DNA of 64,000 bases from positions 576,001 to 640,000 of the forward strand of contig CAWEMM010000007.1 in NCBI GenBank assembly GCA_963810095.1. The letters run 5' to 3'. The position numbers and the translations under genes are program-made. Source of the stretch: an uncultured Chloroflexia bacterium. GTDB taxonomy: Bacteria > Chloroflexota > Anaerolineae > CG2-30-64-16. The notes below the pieces were generated by a model. That model made no database searches and was not told the DNA's origin. It was given only the letters and a program-made list of their open reading frames with translations. Shown here piece after piece: positions 19,805-29,853 of this stretch (positions within the stretch are counted from its first letter, which is position 1; every line of letters starts with the position of its first letter).

Positions 19805-19861
19805 AAGGTACGCCCTTTAGGGCGTGCAGGGAATGCCCAAAAGGGACCACTGTGGATGTAA
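19805..19861 (-). promoter_or_regulatory. Shared activator-type promoter motif, site A (sulfatase 1)
   Basis: TACATC-cacag-TGGTCC-CTTTT-GGGC-24 nt-TACCTT. Confidence 0.6.
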
Positions 19862-19901
19862 TGTTGTCAACTGCGCGTTCTGCCCCCCCGGAAATGAACC
19901 A

Positions 19902-19960
19902 GTATCCAGGCGAGAATCGGCTGGGGCCGGTCGGAGACCGGCCAACGCATCTTGGATAGA
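19902..19960. repeat. REP-like element, GCTGGGGCCGGTC family (shortened copy 2)
   Basis: GTATC..CGAGAA..GCTGGGGCCGGTCGGAGACCGGCCAA..GGATAGA; the ends match copy 1. Confidence 0.6.
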
Positions 19961-20212
19961 TTGTAGGCCCCTGGCCCGTTCCGAGCCGATTCAGGAGTCA
20001 TGCTGGCGCGACAGGGGGCGAGTTCGCGTCCGTCACACAGACTGGCTGGCGTGGGGGCATGGGCAGCGCCGCAGACAGAAGCATTGAGCGCGTCTGGACT
20101 CCTGTTAGCGGCGCTCTCGCAAAGGGCCAACGCCGCGACCCGCAACGACGACGCGGGGCCTTGGATACTGGGACTCTAGCCGACATCTCGGCGGTGCACG
20201 CTAAACTGATGC

Positions 20213-20311
20213 GAAATGGGACACTGATGCAACTGATTGAACTGATCTGCACGGTCTTTTGGGTAAAGCGCGTGATAATCAGTCCGATCCGTTCAATCAG
20301 TGTCCCATTTC
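20213..20311. repeat. Inverted repeat built of 9-nt periodic ACTGAT units
   Basis: 16-bp perfect terminal IR GAAATGGGACACTGAT/ATCAGTGTCCCATTTC; ACTGAT at 20223, 20232 and 20241. Confidence 0.7.
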
Positions 20312-20368
20312 ATCCCGCTTTGTCCGGCAGCGCGGGGTGAAGGTCTGGTCGCAAAGTGGAAAGGACTC

Positions 20369-20400
20369 GCTGTAGGGCGCGCTTTGGCGCGCCCTACAGC
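20369..20400. repeat. GTAG-type REP hairpin, possible terminator
   Basis: GCTGTAGGGCGCGC-TTTG-GCGCGCCCTACAGC, a 14-bp perfect stem just after the DUF1269 gene. Confidence 0.65.
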
Positions 20401-20421
20401 GCAACCCGTATTGCGATCAGC

Positions 20422-20940
20422 TTAGGCGGCGGGCGCATCCGCCGCGGGTTCGTCGGCCGGCAGCGACTCGGCGGCCGCGGCCGCTTCCTCGACTGCCTCG
20501 TCCGACACTTCGTACGCCTCTGCCGTGCCGCCGAGCTCCGCAAGCTTGGCCTTGACGGCCTCGACCTCAGCCGCATCGACCATCAGGCCCACTGCCGCCT
20601 TGCCGGCGTCCAATTCGGTGTTCAGCTTGGCCTGCTCGTCCTTCGAGATGTTCAGCCCCTTCTTGAACAGCGAACCCAGGACCGCGCCCCCGATCAGCCC
20701 ACCCAGCAGGGTGACGCCGCCCGAAAAAACGCCCAGGATCACGCCGAGGACCGCGCCGCCCTTGGTCTTGCGCGAGCCCATCTTGTGCGTCTTGATCTTG
20801 CCCTTCTCGTCCTTGACCAGGATGCCGATGGCGCCCAGCTTGACGTCAGCGCTGGCCTTGTCCCACGCCTTGATCTGGTCGGCGGCGGCGTCCGCAGCGG
20901 CTTCGTCGGCGAAGAGAGCGAGTACGAGTTGCTTTCCCAT
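20422..20940 (-). CDS. DUF1269-like membrane-associated protein
   Basis: LVLALFADEAAAD..AIGILVKDEKGKIK, glycine-zipper GGAVLGVILGVFSGG..GGLIGGAVLG, LDAGKAAVGLMV; AGGAG RBS. Confidence 0.75.
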   Translation of the reverse strand: MGKQLVLALFADEAAADAAADQIKAWDKASADVKLGAIGILVKDEKGKIKTHKMGSRKTKGGAVLGVILGVFSGGVTLLGGLIGGAVLGSLFKKGLNISKDEQAKLNTELDAGKAAVGLMVDAAEVEAVKAKLAELGGTAEAYEVSDEAVEEAAAAAESLPADEPAADAPAA

Positions 20941-21005
20941 TGTGCATTCTCCTTGAGTGGTTGTTGCAGCCGCCAGGTCCTGATGACCTGTCCGGCCTAC
21001 ACTAC

Positions 21006-21063
21006 ACCATACGGCCCGGTAGAGTGGACCACAACGCCCAAAATGGTGTACTTAAGGCGTAGT
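21006..21063 (-). promoter_or_regulatory. Shared activator-type promoter motif, site B (DUF1269 gene)
   Basis: TACGCC-ttaag-TACACC-ATTTT-GGGC-24 nt-TATGGT. Confidence 0.65.
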
Positions 21064-21096
21064 TCTTGCTAAACGAGTCGCAGCGTGAAAATGTCC

Positions 21097-21151
21097 GCTG
21101 GGGCCGGTCTCTGACCGTGCCCCCCTGGCTCGGTCGGAGACCGGCCCCAGC
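21097..21151. repeat. REP-like element, GCTGGGGCCGGTC family (copy 3, full hairpin)
   Basis: GCTGGGGCCGGTCTCTGACCG ... CGGTCGGAGACCGGCCCCAGC. Confidence 0.7.
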
Positions 21152-21171
21152 AATTTCGCCTGGCGCTTGGT

Positions 21172-21517
21172 TTAGTCCCGCAGCAGTTTCTGCTTCGCCA
21201 GGCTGAACTCCTCGTCCGTCAGCACCCCGGCGCCGTGCAGTTTGCCCAGCTGCTCCAACTGTGCGACCAAGTCCGGCCTCTGGTTCGGCGCGGCCGCTAC
21301 CGGGACAGCCGTGTACCGCGCCACACCTGGCCCCAACCCACGGTTGAATCGAGCGGCCGGCAGGCGAACCGGCCCCGCCGTGGGCTGGACGCCCGGCTGG
21401 AGGGCCGCCGCCTGGTAGCGCCGCCGCATTGCCGAGGAGGTCACCCCAATCACGCTGCCCACCACCACTGCGCCGAGCCAGCGCGCCTACAAGCCCGTCA
21501 TGATCGAACATCAGCAT
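21172..21517 (-). CDS. SHOCT domain protein (start uncertain, probable frameshift near 21475)
   Basis: C-terminal LVAQLEQLGKLHGAGVLTDEEFSLAKQKLL; paralogous layout to 43171..43560. Confidence 0.7.
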
Positions 21518-21534
21518 CGCCCCCCTGGTCTCGG

Positions 21535-23404
21535 CTAAGCCACCCGGGTGATGGCCGGCAGCACATAGGTCCCGTCCAAAATCTGCTGCTTGGGCTGGTA
21601 GAGGCGCATGATCGGCCGGAACGGACCGCTCTGCGGTGCAGGCAGCCAGTTCGACTCCTTGTCCGCGCCCGGCGAGTCCTTCTGGATGTACAGCGTCACC
21701 GAGCCGTCCGGCCCGTATTTCAACCCAGGCGTCCGGTCGCCGATGGAGTAGCGGTTGATGGGGTTGGCGACCAGGTAGAACTCGGGCACGTCGTACATGG
21801 TCAGTGACCAGAACGCGTCGACAGGCGGGGCTCGGGCAGCGTCAGTTCGTACCGGTGATCGCTGTGGAGCGGCTCGTTGTCCGCGTCCACATAGACAATG
21901 CTATAGTCGGCCTCATAGCCGTGATTGCCCCACAGGCCCGCCCGGGCCACCACGGCGCGCGTGACATAGGCGATAGTCCGGTCGGCGATAATCCACTCGG
22001 GCGCGTCCAGCGCGCCGATTTCGAAGAAGTCCAGCGTTGTAGTCGAACAGGTGCTTCGACTCCTGCCAGCCGTTGACCGGCTTGGCCGCGGTGTTGATCA
22101 GTTCCTCGATCTTGTTCTGTGCGGCCTGCTGGCCCGCGACCAGCACCTGCGCCAGTGCCGGGCTGGCATTCACGTAGAGCGATTCCGCTGCGGTCAGCCC
22201 CAGCTTCTCGCAGATCGCCTGGAACGGCGCGTCGGCCGCAGGCGGCGGGAACGCCTGGAGTGCCACCCGGAACGCCTCCCACCACTTGAGCGTCGTCCCG
22301 CACGCGCGCGTCCGGCTCGGGCACGCCGGCGACTGCCGTGGGTTCGCCGCCCGCCAGCGGGGCCAGGGTGAACTGGTCCTGCAGCGCGTGGGCGGTGGGC
22401 AGGTCGGCCTCGCCGTTCACCGCGATACGGCCGACGATGGCAAACATGCCGGTCGGCGCGCAGACGAGATGCATGCCCTCGGGAATGGGGGCCGCGTAGT
22501 CGCGGGCCGCCAGCACATAGTCTGCCTCGGCAGTGCCCGTCGCGCGGCGCCCGATGTACGCAAAGTTGTTCGTCCAGGCATCCACGAACTGCAGGACGTA
22601 GTAGCGGTCTGCTGTGTCCGGCGTGTGGAGCACCAGCGGACCTTCCCGCACGTCGCAGATGGCGATCATGTAGAGCGTGTCGTTATTGGGCGAGACGAAA
22701 TGAGCGTCGGGGCCCAGCAATTGGCGAGCATACCCCACCGTGTTGTAGGGCAGGGCCTGAGGCCCGACCAGGTTCGGCCCCCCTGGGAACTTGGCCATCT
22801 CGGTCAGGTTGTAGACGAGCGGGTAGCCGTAGATGTAGGCCTCGGCGGCCAGCTTGACGTGCTCGGCCACGTCTGCACTGGCTGCCGAGGCAACCGCCGG
22901 CGCGGCGGCAGACGCCTGTTCGGCGGGCTCGGCTGCCGTCGCTTCGGCCTGTTCGACCACCGCGTCGCCCATCTCATGTGTTTCTATGCGCGCGCCCAAT
23001 GACGACAGGAATCCCGTGATCCCTACGACCTCATCGGGGTTCACCATCAGGCCCACCGCGGCCTTGCCGCCGTCGAGTTCGGCGTCGAGGTGGGCCATGT
23101 CGGCCTTCGAGAGGCCCAGGCCCTTGTGGAACAGCGAGCCGAAGACCCCGCCGATCAGCAGCCCTCCAAGGACCGTCAAGCCGCCCGATAGGAGGCTGGC
23201 CAGGCCGAACAGCAGCGCGCCGGTGCCTGTCCGCCGCGTGCCGAGCTTCTGCGTCTTGATCTTGCCCTTGTCGTCTTTCACCAGGATGCCGATCGCTCCC
23301 AGCTTGATGTCCGGGCTGATGCGGTCCCAGTCCTTCACCTGCTTCACCGCGTCATCCGCGGCGGCTTCGCTGGCGAAGAATGCCAATATCAGTTGCTTAC
23401 CCAT
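21535..23404 (-). CDS. DUF1269-DUF1254-DUF1214 fusion protein (several frameshifts)
   Basis: N-terminus nearly colinear with 20422..20940; then YIYGYPLV, VSPNNDTLY, DRYYVLQFVDAWTNNFAYIGRRATGT; C-terminus NPINRYSIGDRTPGL..DGSVTLYIQ..NWLPAP..MRLYQP. Confidence 0.8.
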
Positions 23405-23447
23405 GCGATTTCCTCCAAGTCAGTTCTGACTGCTACAACTGCCGCGC

Positions 23448-24206
23448 TTATTCGTACTTCGGTTCCCAGCCGGGTGCCATCTTCTCTTTGAGCGTTTCCC
23501 GGCGGGTGACCGTTCCCACGACATGTTCGGGCAGCCGGGGCAGCGGCTCTTCCCAGGCGAACCACAGGGCCGCGGTTCGGAACGAGAACCCGACGACGAA
23601 CGAAATCAGCGTCGCCGGCCAGATCGACAGGCCCAGGTACTTGGACATGATCAGGAAGACGACTGAGGTCAGCACGGCCGTCCCCACGAACCACTCGCCG
23701 CGGATGAACTGCTTGGCCGAGTGCCCTGCAGTGATGTCAATCAGGAAACGGCCGGCGGTGGGGCCGACGACGCCGATCGCGATGGCCGCAATGTCGGGCA
23801 GGCCGGCAGTCAGCGCGGCGCTCACGCCGATCGCCGCGTACCAGGGCAGTGAGAACGCGGTCATGAACTGGTAGAAGGTCTCGCGGAACTTCTGGCCGCC
23901 CTTGTAGGAGATCAGCATGCCGACGACGCCGGCCAGCAGGCACAGGATTAGGTACCAGGGGTTCGACAGTGCGCCCGGCACCTTGTTCAGCAGGACGTCG
24001 CGCGAGACGCCGCCGCCGATGCCGCCGAAGATCGCGAGGAGCAAGATGCCGACGATCGACCACTGGCGGCCACGGTAGTAGTCGGGGCGCTGGGCCAGCA
24101 GCGCGCCGTTGAGTGCATTGGTGCTGGCCGCGATCAAATCGATGATCACGAAACTTCCGACTGTGATGAATGAAGCGAGGTAGGCCAACCATTGCTGGAA
24201 TTCCAT
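23448..24206 (-). CDS. TRIC (UPF0126) cation channel family protein
   Basis: AASTNALNGALLA, GGIGGGVSRDVLL and a second repeat GPTAGRFLIDI; GGAGG RBS. Confidence 0.8.
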   Translation of the reverse strand: MEFQQWLAYLASFITVGSFVIIDLIAASTNALNGALLAQRPDYYRGRQWSIVGILLLAIFGGIGGGVSRDVLLNKVPGALSNPWYLILCLLAGVVGMLISYKGGQKFRETFYQFMTAFSLPWYAAIGVSAALTAGLPDIAAIAIGVVGPTAGRFLIDITAGHSAKQFIRGEWFVGTAVLTSVVFLIMSKYLGLSIWPATLISFVVGFSFRTAALWFAWEEPLPRLPEHVVGTVTRRETLKEKMAPGWEPKYE

Positions 24207-24312
24207 ATCACCGTGCCTCCGAGATAAACGAGAATCGTCTCGCCGGGTGGGCAGACACAGGCCGGGCATACCACGCTCGAGGTCAGCCCGGCACTAGTCG
24301 TCGCCGTTGATG

Positions 24313-25938
24313 TTACTTCTGTGCGCCTTCCGCGATCACGGCGGCCGTGTCCTTCTCGTGATATTCCATCAGCAGCTTGCGCTCGTCGTCCTGCTTGGGG
24401 AACACGAAGAACACCAGCGCCGCGCCCACGACCACCGCGATGATGCCCGCGATGTACGCGGTTTGATCGCCGGCCAGGAACGACGCCTGGGCAGCCGACG
24501 TGATCTGGGTGGCATACTGCGGGTACTGCGCGGCGACGGCCTGCGCGCCCGCGTACGACATCTCGAGGCTGTTAGCGACGTTGCTCGGGATGCTCGGGTC
24601 AGCCGCCGCCTGGGTTGCCATCGCAGCGGCATAGCCCGAGGCCAGCAGTGCGCCGAAGAGCGAGTTGAAGAGCGCGCCGCCCAGGTCGCGTTGCAGGTCG
24701 GCGGTGCCCGACGCCATGCCCGCCCGGGTCACGGGGACCGAGCCGGTCAGCGCGCGTGAGGCGGGCGTGCCCGCCAAACCGATGCCGATGCCCACGAAAG
24801 AGTAGGCCAGGCCAACAGGCAGGTAGGAGCTGCCCTCTTTCCACAGCAGCAGCATTGTCAGGAAGCCAAGGAGAACGAACACGTAGCCAATGAGGAACAC
24901 CTGGCGCGAGCCGCGGGCCTCGACCAGCTTAGCCGAGCGCGGTGCGGCGAGGATCATGAGGAAGCCCGCCGGCAGCACCGCGGCGCCCGCAGCCACGGTC
25001 GAGTAGCCCAGCACGTCCTGCATGTACTGCTGGCCGATGAACATGGCGCCCATCAGCGAGCCGAAGACGATGATGCCCGCGAGCGCCGCCACCCAGAACG
25101 TCGGGCGAGCGGCAATCTTCAGATCGTACAGCGGATTGCCGGCGCGTCGCTGCCGGACGACGAACAGCGCAGTCGCGACCGCAGCCGCGACGAGCAGCCC
25201 CACTGCGAGCTTCTGGTACGCGGGCACTGGCAGGAAGTTGAGCGACAGCACAAATGCGCCGATCAGTACGACCGATAGGATGCCGCCTAGATGGTCAACC
25301 GGCTCCTTGGTCTCATTCACATGCGCCGGGATGAAACGCAGCGCCATGATGAGCGCCACAACCGCCAGCGGCACCACCACGACAAAGACCGAACTCCATG
25401 GGAATACGGTCAGCAGCAGCCCCGACAGCAGTGGCCCCGTCACCGAAATGGCGCCGCCGATGGCCGCCCACAACGCAATCGAGCGCGTGCGGCCCGGTCC
25501 GGGCCCCCACAGGGCCGCGATGAGCGCCAGGGTTGTGGGGTAAGCCATACCTGCCGCAAAGCCGCCGAAGAGCCGGCCGAAGATCAGCACGTTGATCGTA
25601 GGCGCAAAGCCCGAGATGAGCGCGGCCGGGATTGCCAATGTGACGCCCAGCAGCGCCATCAGCTTGCGCCCGTAGCGGTCGCCCACCGCGCCCAGCCACA
25701 GCACCGAGCACGCCAGGCCTAGCGAGTAGGCCACGGCGACCAGATTCAGTTGCGTTTGTGAGGCGTCGAAATAGACGCCGATCGACGGCAGAGCGACGTT
25801 GGCCATCGCCAGCGGTAGGTTGGCGACCGCTGCGACAATAATCAACGTGCCCAGCACCAACCCTGCCTTGGCCGGAGCAGTCGCGCCTGACGGCACTTGC
25901 GGCCCTGCGGGCATTGCGGAAGCGACACTTACGGACAT
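24313..25938 (-). CDS. MFS transporter, DHA2 (14-TM) type
   Basis: NVALPSI, GAVGDRYGRK, GPLLSG, QQYMQDVLGYS, AGMASGTADLQRDLGGA. Confidence 0.88.
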   Translation of the reverse strand: MSVSVASAMPAGPQVPSGATAPAKAGLVLGTLIIVAAVANLPLAMANVALPSIGVYFDASQTQLNLVAVAYSLGLACSVLWLGAVGDRYGRKLMALLGVTLAIPAALISGFAPTINVLIFGRLFGGFAAGMAYPTTLALIAALWGPGPGRTRSIALWAAIGGAISVTGPLLSGLLLTVFPWSSVFVVVVPLAVVALIMALRFIPAHVNETKEPVDHLGGILSVVLIGAFVLSLNFLPVPAYQKLAVGLLVAAAVATALFVVRQRRAGNPLYDLKIAARPTFWVAALAGIIVFGSLMGAMFIGQQYMQDVLGYSTVAAGAAVLPAGFLMILAAPRSAKLVEARGSRQVFLIGYVFVLLGFLTMLLLWKEGSSYLPVGLAYSFVGIGIGLAGTPASRALTGSVPVTRAGMASGTADLQRDLGGALFNSLFGALLASGYAAAMATQAAADPSIPSNVANSLEMSYAGAQAVAAQYPQYATQITSAAQASFLAGDQTAYIAGIIAVVVGAALVFFVFPKQDDERKLLMEYHEKDTAAVIAEGAQK

Positions 25939-26243
25939 GGTTCCGCTCCTTCAGACAATTTCTTCCGACTGCCGGCGAGCCTCCGGCGATCCTGCATTCC
26001 GGTCGGACCTCTCGACGCGCCCGAACTTGATGACAAACCGTAGACTCCGCGGCCTGCCCGCCCTCGTCATTGGAGAGAGTTGCATCGGCCACATTCGCCC
26101 GCACGACTCCGCCGCCGGCCCTCCGGTGCACCGTGCGTGCCCCGCGTGGGACCGGCTGCATCCCGTGCCAGGAGGCGCAATGCGCGGCCTCCTGGCCGGA
26201 ATCCATCTGGCCGGCAAAACTCACGGTTTCGCCGGCCAGAACA

Positions 26244-27860
26244 CTACGCCGCAGGCGGGATATCGCCCGGCAGCTCGACGTCTGGCAGGTCGGCTGCCGG
26301 CAGTTCAGCTGCGGGCAGATCGACAGCGGGCGCAGCGGCCGTATCCGCGACGACAGACTTCGCTTCGGCCTCGGCCAGGCTGGCCTCGGCATTCCGGTAC
26401 CAGCGTACCAACTGGAACTTCGCAACGTCCGTGCCGCCCAGGCCAAAGGCCAACGCGACCGCAAGCGCAACGCCGGCCAGGATCAGGCCGAATGTGAGGT
26501 TGACGACGTCGTTGGCGATGCCCATCTGGTCCAATGCCATGGCCACCGCAAAGACGACGATCGCGAGCCGGGCCAGCAGCGCCAGCACCTGCCTCTGCTT
26601 GAGGCGGGTGGCCAGGATCAGCTTGCTGGTGAAGTTGGCCAGGTAGATGCCGATGACGATGATGATGAACGCCAGGGCCAGCCGGGCCAGGAAGGCGATG
26701 AACGCGGTCAGGATGGCCACCATGGCGGCCCAACCGAGGAGGTCGACGACGGCCAGCGTGGCAAACAGCATGACCACAAAGAGAATCAGGTAGCCGGCGA
26801 TGCGCGACGGGCCCACTGCAGGGGTATCGGAGATCTCGCCCAGGCTGAGCCGGGCGACCAGGTTGTCAAACCCGGCATTGGTCAGCAGGCGTGTCACCAG
26901 GTCTGCGATCACCCGGGCGACCATGTAGGCGACGAACAGAATCACGATGGCCATGAAGATCTTGGGGATGGCCAGCAAGACCTGCGTCAGCATGTCCGCC
27001 ATTGGCTGGGCGAGGTAGGTCAGGCCCAAGGCGTTCAGGGCGGCGATGGCAACCGGGATGAAGACGATGATGTACACGACCAGGCCCAGCAGCCCGGACA
27101 GATTCCCCTTGCCCAGGTACTTGCCGAGGCCGACGCGGTCGCTGATGGCGTCGAGGCCGAGCGCGTGCAGCGCCGACGTGATCAGCCGCTGCAGGATGCG
27201 GGCGACGAACAGGCCGATGACGATGATGACGACCGCCATTGCCAGCCGGGGCAGGAAGGCCAGGATGCTCGTAATCATGGCCTGGATCGGGGCGAGGATG
27301 CCCATCAAGCCAAGCACGCCCAGGATCGCCGGCAGGAACAGCAGCCAGACCAGCCAGTAGACCGCTTCGCCGATCGCGGTGGAGATGGGCGCCTCGTTCA
27401 TGCCCGCAGGTTCGGTCACCTTCTTGTCCGCACCGGCGGTATGGAGCACACGGGTGACGAGGGCGCGCAGGATGCGGGCAACGATCCAGGCGACGACTGC
27501 CAGGACGACCGCGTAGGCGAACCGTGGCAGGTACGCAAAGACCGATACGAGCATGGTGCCAAACAGCGCGGTAATCGCCGTGAGCCCGAGCGCGTTTAGC
27601 GCGGCCAGCACGGTAAGGAAGACGATCAACCAGTAAACGACCTGGGTGATCACCTTCTCCACGCTCATAGGTTTGTCGCCTGCGCCCTCCATGCCGCGTG
27701 CGAGGCGGTCGTCAAGCTTGAGCCACCTGAGCAGCCGCCGCGTGACGCCGGCGAGCAGGCGCGCGATCAGCCAGCCGATCAGCAGGATCAGCAGCGCGGC
27801 GACGACGCGCGGGATCCAGATCTGCGCTTGCTGCAGCAGCCACTGGCCAAAGTTCTCCAT
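26244..27860 (-). CDS. CmpX-like protein with repeated TM-helix units (mechanosensitive-channel associated)
   Basis: Repeated (Y/F)LPR..A..I..IG..VAR units; C-terminal VALAVALAFGLGG; AGGAG RBS. Confidence 0.8.
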   Translation of the reverse strand: MENFGQWLLQQAQIWIPRVVAALLILLIGWLIARLLAGVTRRLLRWLKLDDRLARGMEGAGDKPMSVEKVITQVVYWLIVFLTVLAALNALGLTAITALFGTMLVSVFAYLPRFAYAVVLAVVAWIVARILRALVTRVLHTAGADKKVTEPAGMNEAPISTAIGEAVYWLVWLLFLPAILGVLGLMGILAPIQAMITSILAFLPRLAMAVVIIVIGLFVARILQRLITSALHALGLDAISDRVGLGKYLGKGNLSGLLGLVVYIIVFIPVAIAALNALGLTYLAQPMADMLTQVLLAIPKIFMAIVILFVAYMVARVIADLVTRLLTNAGFDNLVARLSLGEISDTPAVGPSRIAGYLILFVVMLFATLAVVDLLGWAAMVAILTAFIAFLARLALAFIIIVIGIYLANFTSKLILATRLKQRQVLALLARLAIVVFAVAMALDQMGIANDVVNLTFGLILAGVALAVALAFGLGGTDVAKFQLVRWYRNAEASLAEAEAKSVVADTAAAPAVDLPAAELPAADLPDVELPGDIPPAA

Positions 27861-28155
27861 GTCGGTTCTCCTTCCCGGATGTGTGGGTGGGTGATTACCG
27901 GACGGGCCGGTGGATTAGCCGGCCCGGGTCCTCCAGAAAACGTGCAGCACTGCACCGGCTCCGCGGCAAGCGCTCACCTCGCTCGGCCAGCAAACCGTAA
28001 TCGATGAACGTGTCGCGTGCGCGCCGAGGGTTGCCGGCCAGGCGGCAATGGAGGCCGTCTTGCCGAAACCGGCGCCCGCACGCATCGTGGCGAGGGGTTT
28101 GCCGGGCGCCGCCGCGAGACCACTGCGCGGTCGGATCATTGCGGGGGGCTGCCGC

Positions 28156-28416
28156 CTACGGGGCTGCGTCCGCCATCCGCTTCACGTCGAGCAGTGGGTA
28201 TCCCATGTCGTAGAGCTCGGTGAGGACGCTGATGAGGCATGCCTGGTCGATGACCATGCCGGTCAGGGTCGTGGTGGGGGGATCGCCCCGCACTTCACTC
28301 AGGCAACCGGTCATCCCGCAAAAGGGATCGAGGCGAGGCGCGGCGAAGCGCCCCAGAACCCGAATCCGGTAGGTGCCAGGTGCATCGAACAGGTTGCTCT
28401 TGGCGTCGGCCTTCAT
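28156..28416 (-). CDS. Small ACT-like hypothetical protein (paralog 1)
   Basis: YRIRVLG..TTLTGMVIDQACLISVLTELYDMGYPLLDV aligns with 45355..45594; AGGAG RBS. Confidence 0.75.
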   Translation of the reverse strand: MKADAKSNLFDAPGTYRIRVLGRFAAPRLDPFCGMTGCLSEVRGDPPTTTLTGMVIDQACLISVLTELYDMGYPLLDVKRMADAAP

Positions 28417-28484
28417 GCTCCGGCTCCTTAAACGCGGCGCGGGGCAGCCAGGATCGGCCGCTTACCCGCGCCAAACCCGCCCTT

Positions 28485-28541
28485 ATCATCGCGCTCTCTG
28501 CAACGGAGCTAAAGGCCCATTTTGGTGTAATTGGATGTAGT
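28485..28541 (-). promoter_or_regulatory. Shared activator-type promoter motif, site C
   Basis: TACATC-caat-TACACC-AAAAT-GGGC-24 nt-GATGAT. Confidence 0.6.
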
Positions 28542-28548
28542 GTGGAGG

Positions 28549-28848
28549 TTAGCGGTGTCTGCGCGGGGAGTTTGCTCGTCCTCCCCCGGCCCAGAGCAGT
28601 ACGCCCAGGAGGAAGCCGAAGACGTACCCGTTCCCGCTGTTGTGCACGTCGAAGACGTGCACACTGTCATTGAACAGGGAGCGGACGACCGTGACCGGCG
28701 CGCTGAAGCCGTGCCACAGACCGTGCCAGAACCCGGCGATTCTGCCGTTTTCGTCCGGCGTGTTCACGAGGGGGTTGGGTCCCGCGCTCCAGTTCCCCAT
28801 CCTTGCGATCATTCCGGCCAGCGGCCCTTCTGATGTGATCTTTTCCAT
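28549..28848 (-). CDS. Small hypothetical membrane protein
   Basis: AGFWHGLWHGFSAP..FDVHNSGNGYVFGFLLG; GGAG RBS. Confidence 0.7.
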   Translation of the reverse strand: MEKITSEGPLAGMIARMGNWSAGPNPLVNTPDENGRIAGFWHGLWHGFSAPVTVVRSLFNDSVHVFDVHNSGNGYVFGFLLGVLLWAGGGRANSPRRHR

Positions 28849-28941
28849 ACCTGCATCTCCTGTGCTATGAACTGCCCCAGCGCATTTGCGGGCAGGGGCC
28901 TCCGTTCTCATTCCACTGCGTCCCGAAAGGCTGCAACCGGC

Positions 28942-29649
28942 CTAGAACAGCACTACTACCAGGTTCATGGCCGCGTGCAGCAGCATGGGCGGATAGACGC
29001 TCTCGGTCTTGGCGCGTGCATAGCCGTACATTACGCCCCAGACCACCGCGCTCAGCGCCTGCAGCGCGACGAATTCAAGAGGTACTCCGGCCACCAGGTT
29101 TTTGACGTGCAGCAGGCCGAACGCAACGCCGCTCAGCCACACCGCGAGATGCATGCTGGGGCCCTCGGCGTACCACCGCCTGAACGCCAGCAGCAGCGCC
29201 GTGAAGACAAGGCCGCGCCAGAAGGATTCCTCGACCAGCGGCACGATCACGATCTCGGTCAACAGCCACTGGTTGCCGCTGAAAGGCGTGCCGCCGCCGG
29301 TCAGCAGCAGGTACGCTGCGATAATCCCGCAGTTCGCCAGGAGCATCAGCAGGATCATCCGCCAATAGCGCCGGGTTTGGCCGGTCTGAAAGCCGAACAG
29401 CCGCGGCCGCCACAGGATGAACGGCACGATGAAGATGATCAGGTGGGCCCGCGAAGCGACGCCCCACAAGGTGGCGAGCAGCGCGGACTCGCCGACATGG
29501 GGAAAGCGCGCGTCGGCAAAGCGAAAGTAGGCATTGTCGGCCAGGATGAAGGCGGCGCAGAAAATCAGCAGGCCGAGGAGCACAAGCATCCCCGGCAGCG
29601 GCAGGCGGGATTGAGGCTCGCGGGTGGTGGGGGAAAGGGTGTGCGTCAC
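28942..29649 (-). CDS. CPBP (CAAX/Abi) intramembrane metalloprotease
   Basis: PLVEESFWRG, FGLLH, LLHAAMN. Confidence 0.85.
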   Translation of the reverse strand: MTHTLSPTTREPQSRLPLPGMLVLLGLLIFCAAFILADNAYFRFADARFPHVGESALLATLWGVASRAHLIIFIVPFILWRPRLFGFQTGQTRRYWRMILLMLLANCGIIAAYLLLTGGGTPFSGNQWLLTEIVIVPLVEESFWRGLVFTALLLAFRRWYAEGPSMHLAVWLSGVAFGLLHVKNLVAGVPLEFVALQALSAVVWGVMYGYARAKTESVYPPMLLHAAMNLVVVLF

Positions 29650-29853
29650 AGGACGTCCTTTCGTTCCGAAAGCAGGTGAACGCAGGCGGCGGCGCATCGG
29701 TACGTGATATGACACGTAATACGCCCACCACTCCTTGCGGTTGCACGGGCCGCCCCGGGCCTCGCCTCCAAGCACGCGGGCCTAAACCCACAATCCGACC
29801 CCGAAGTCGGAGTGTGCCGGCAGCGACCATACCCCGTTCGTTCGTCACGAACG

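Noticed and set aside
28942-29649. CAAX/Abi protease as abortive-infection defence
   Set aside because: The family name is historical; it has ordinary CPBP motifs and no defence context
29701-29718. Palindrome TACGTG-N6-CACGTA upstream of the CPBP gene
   Set aside because: Single short occurrence that could be chance; no matching regulator identifiable
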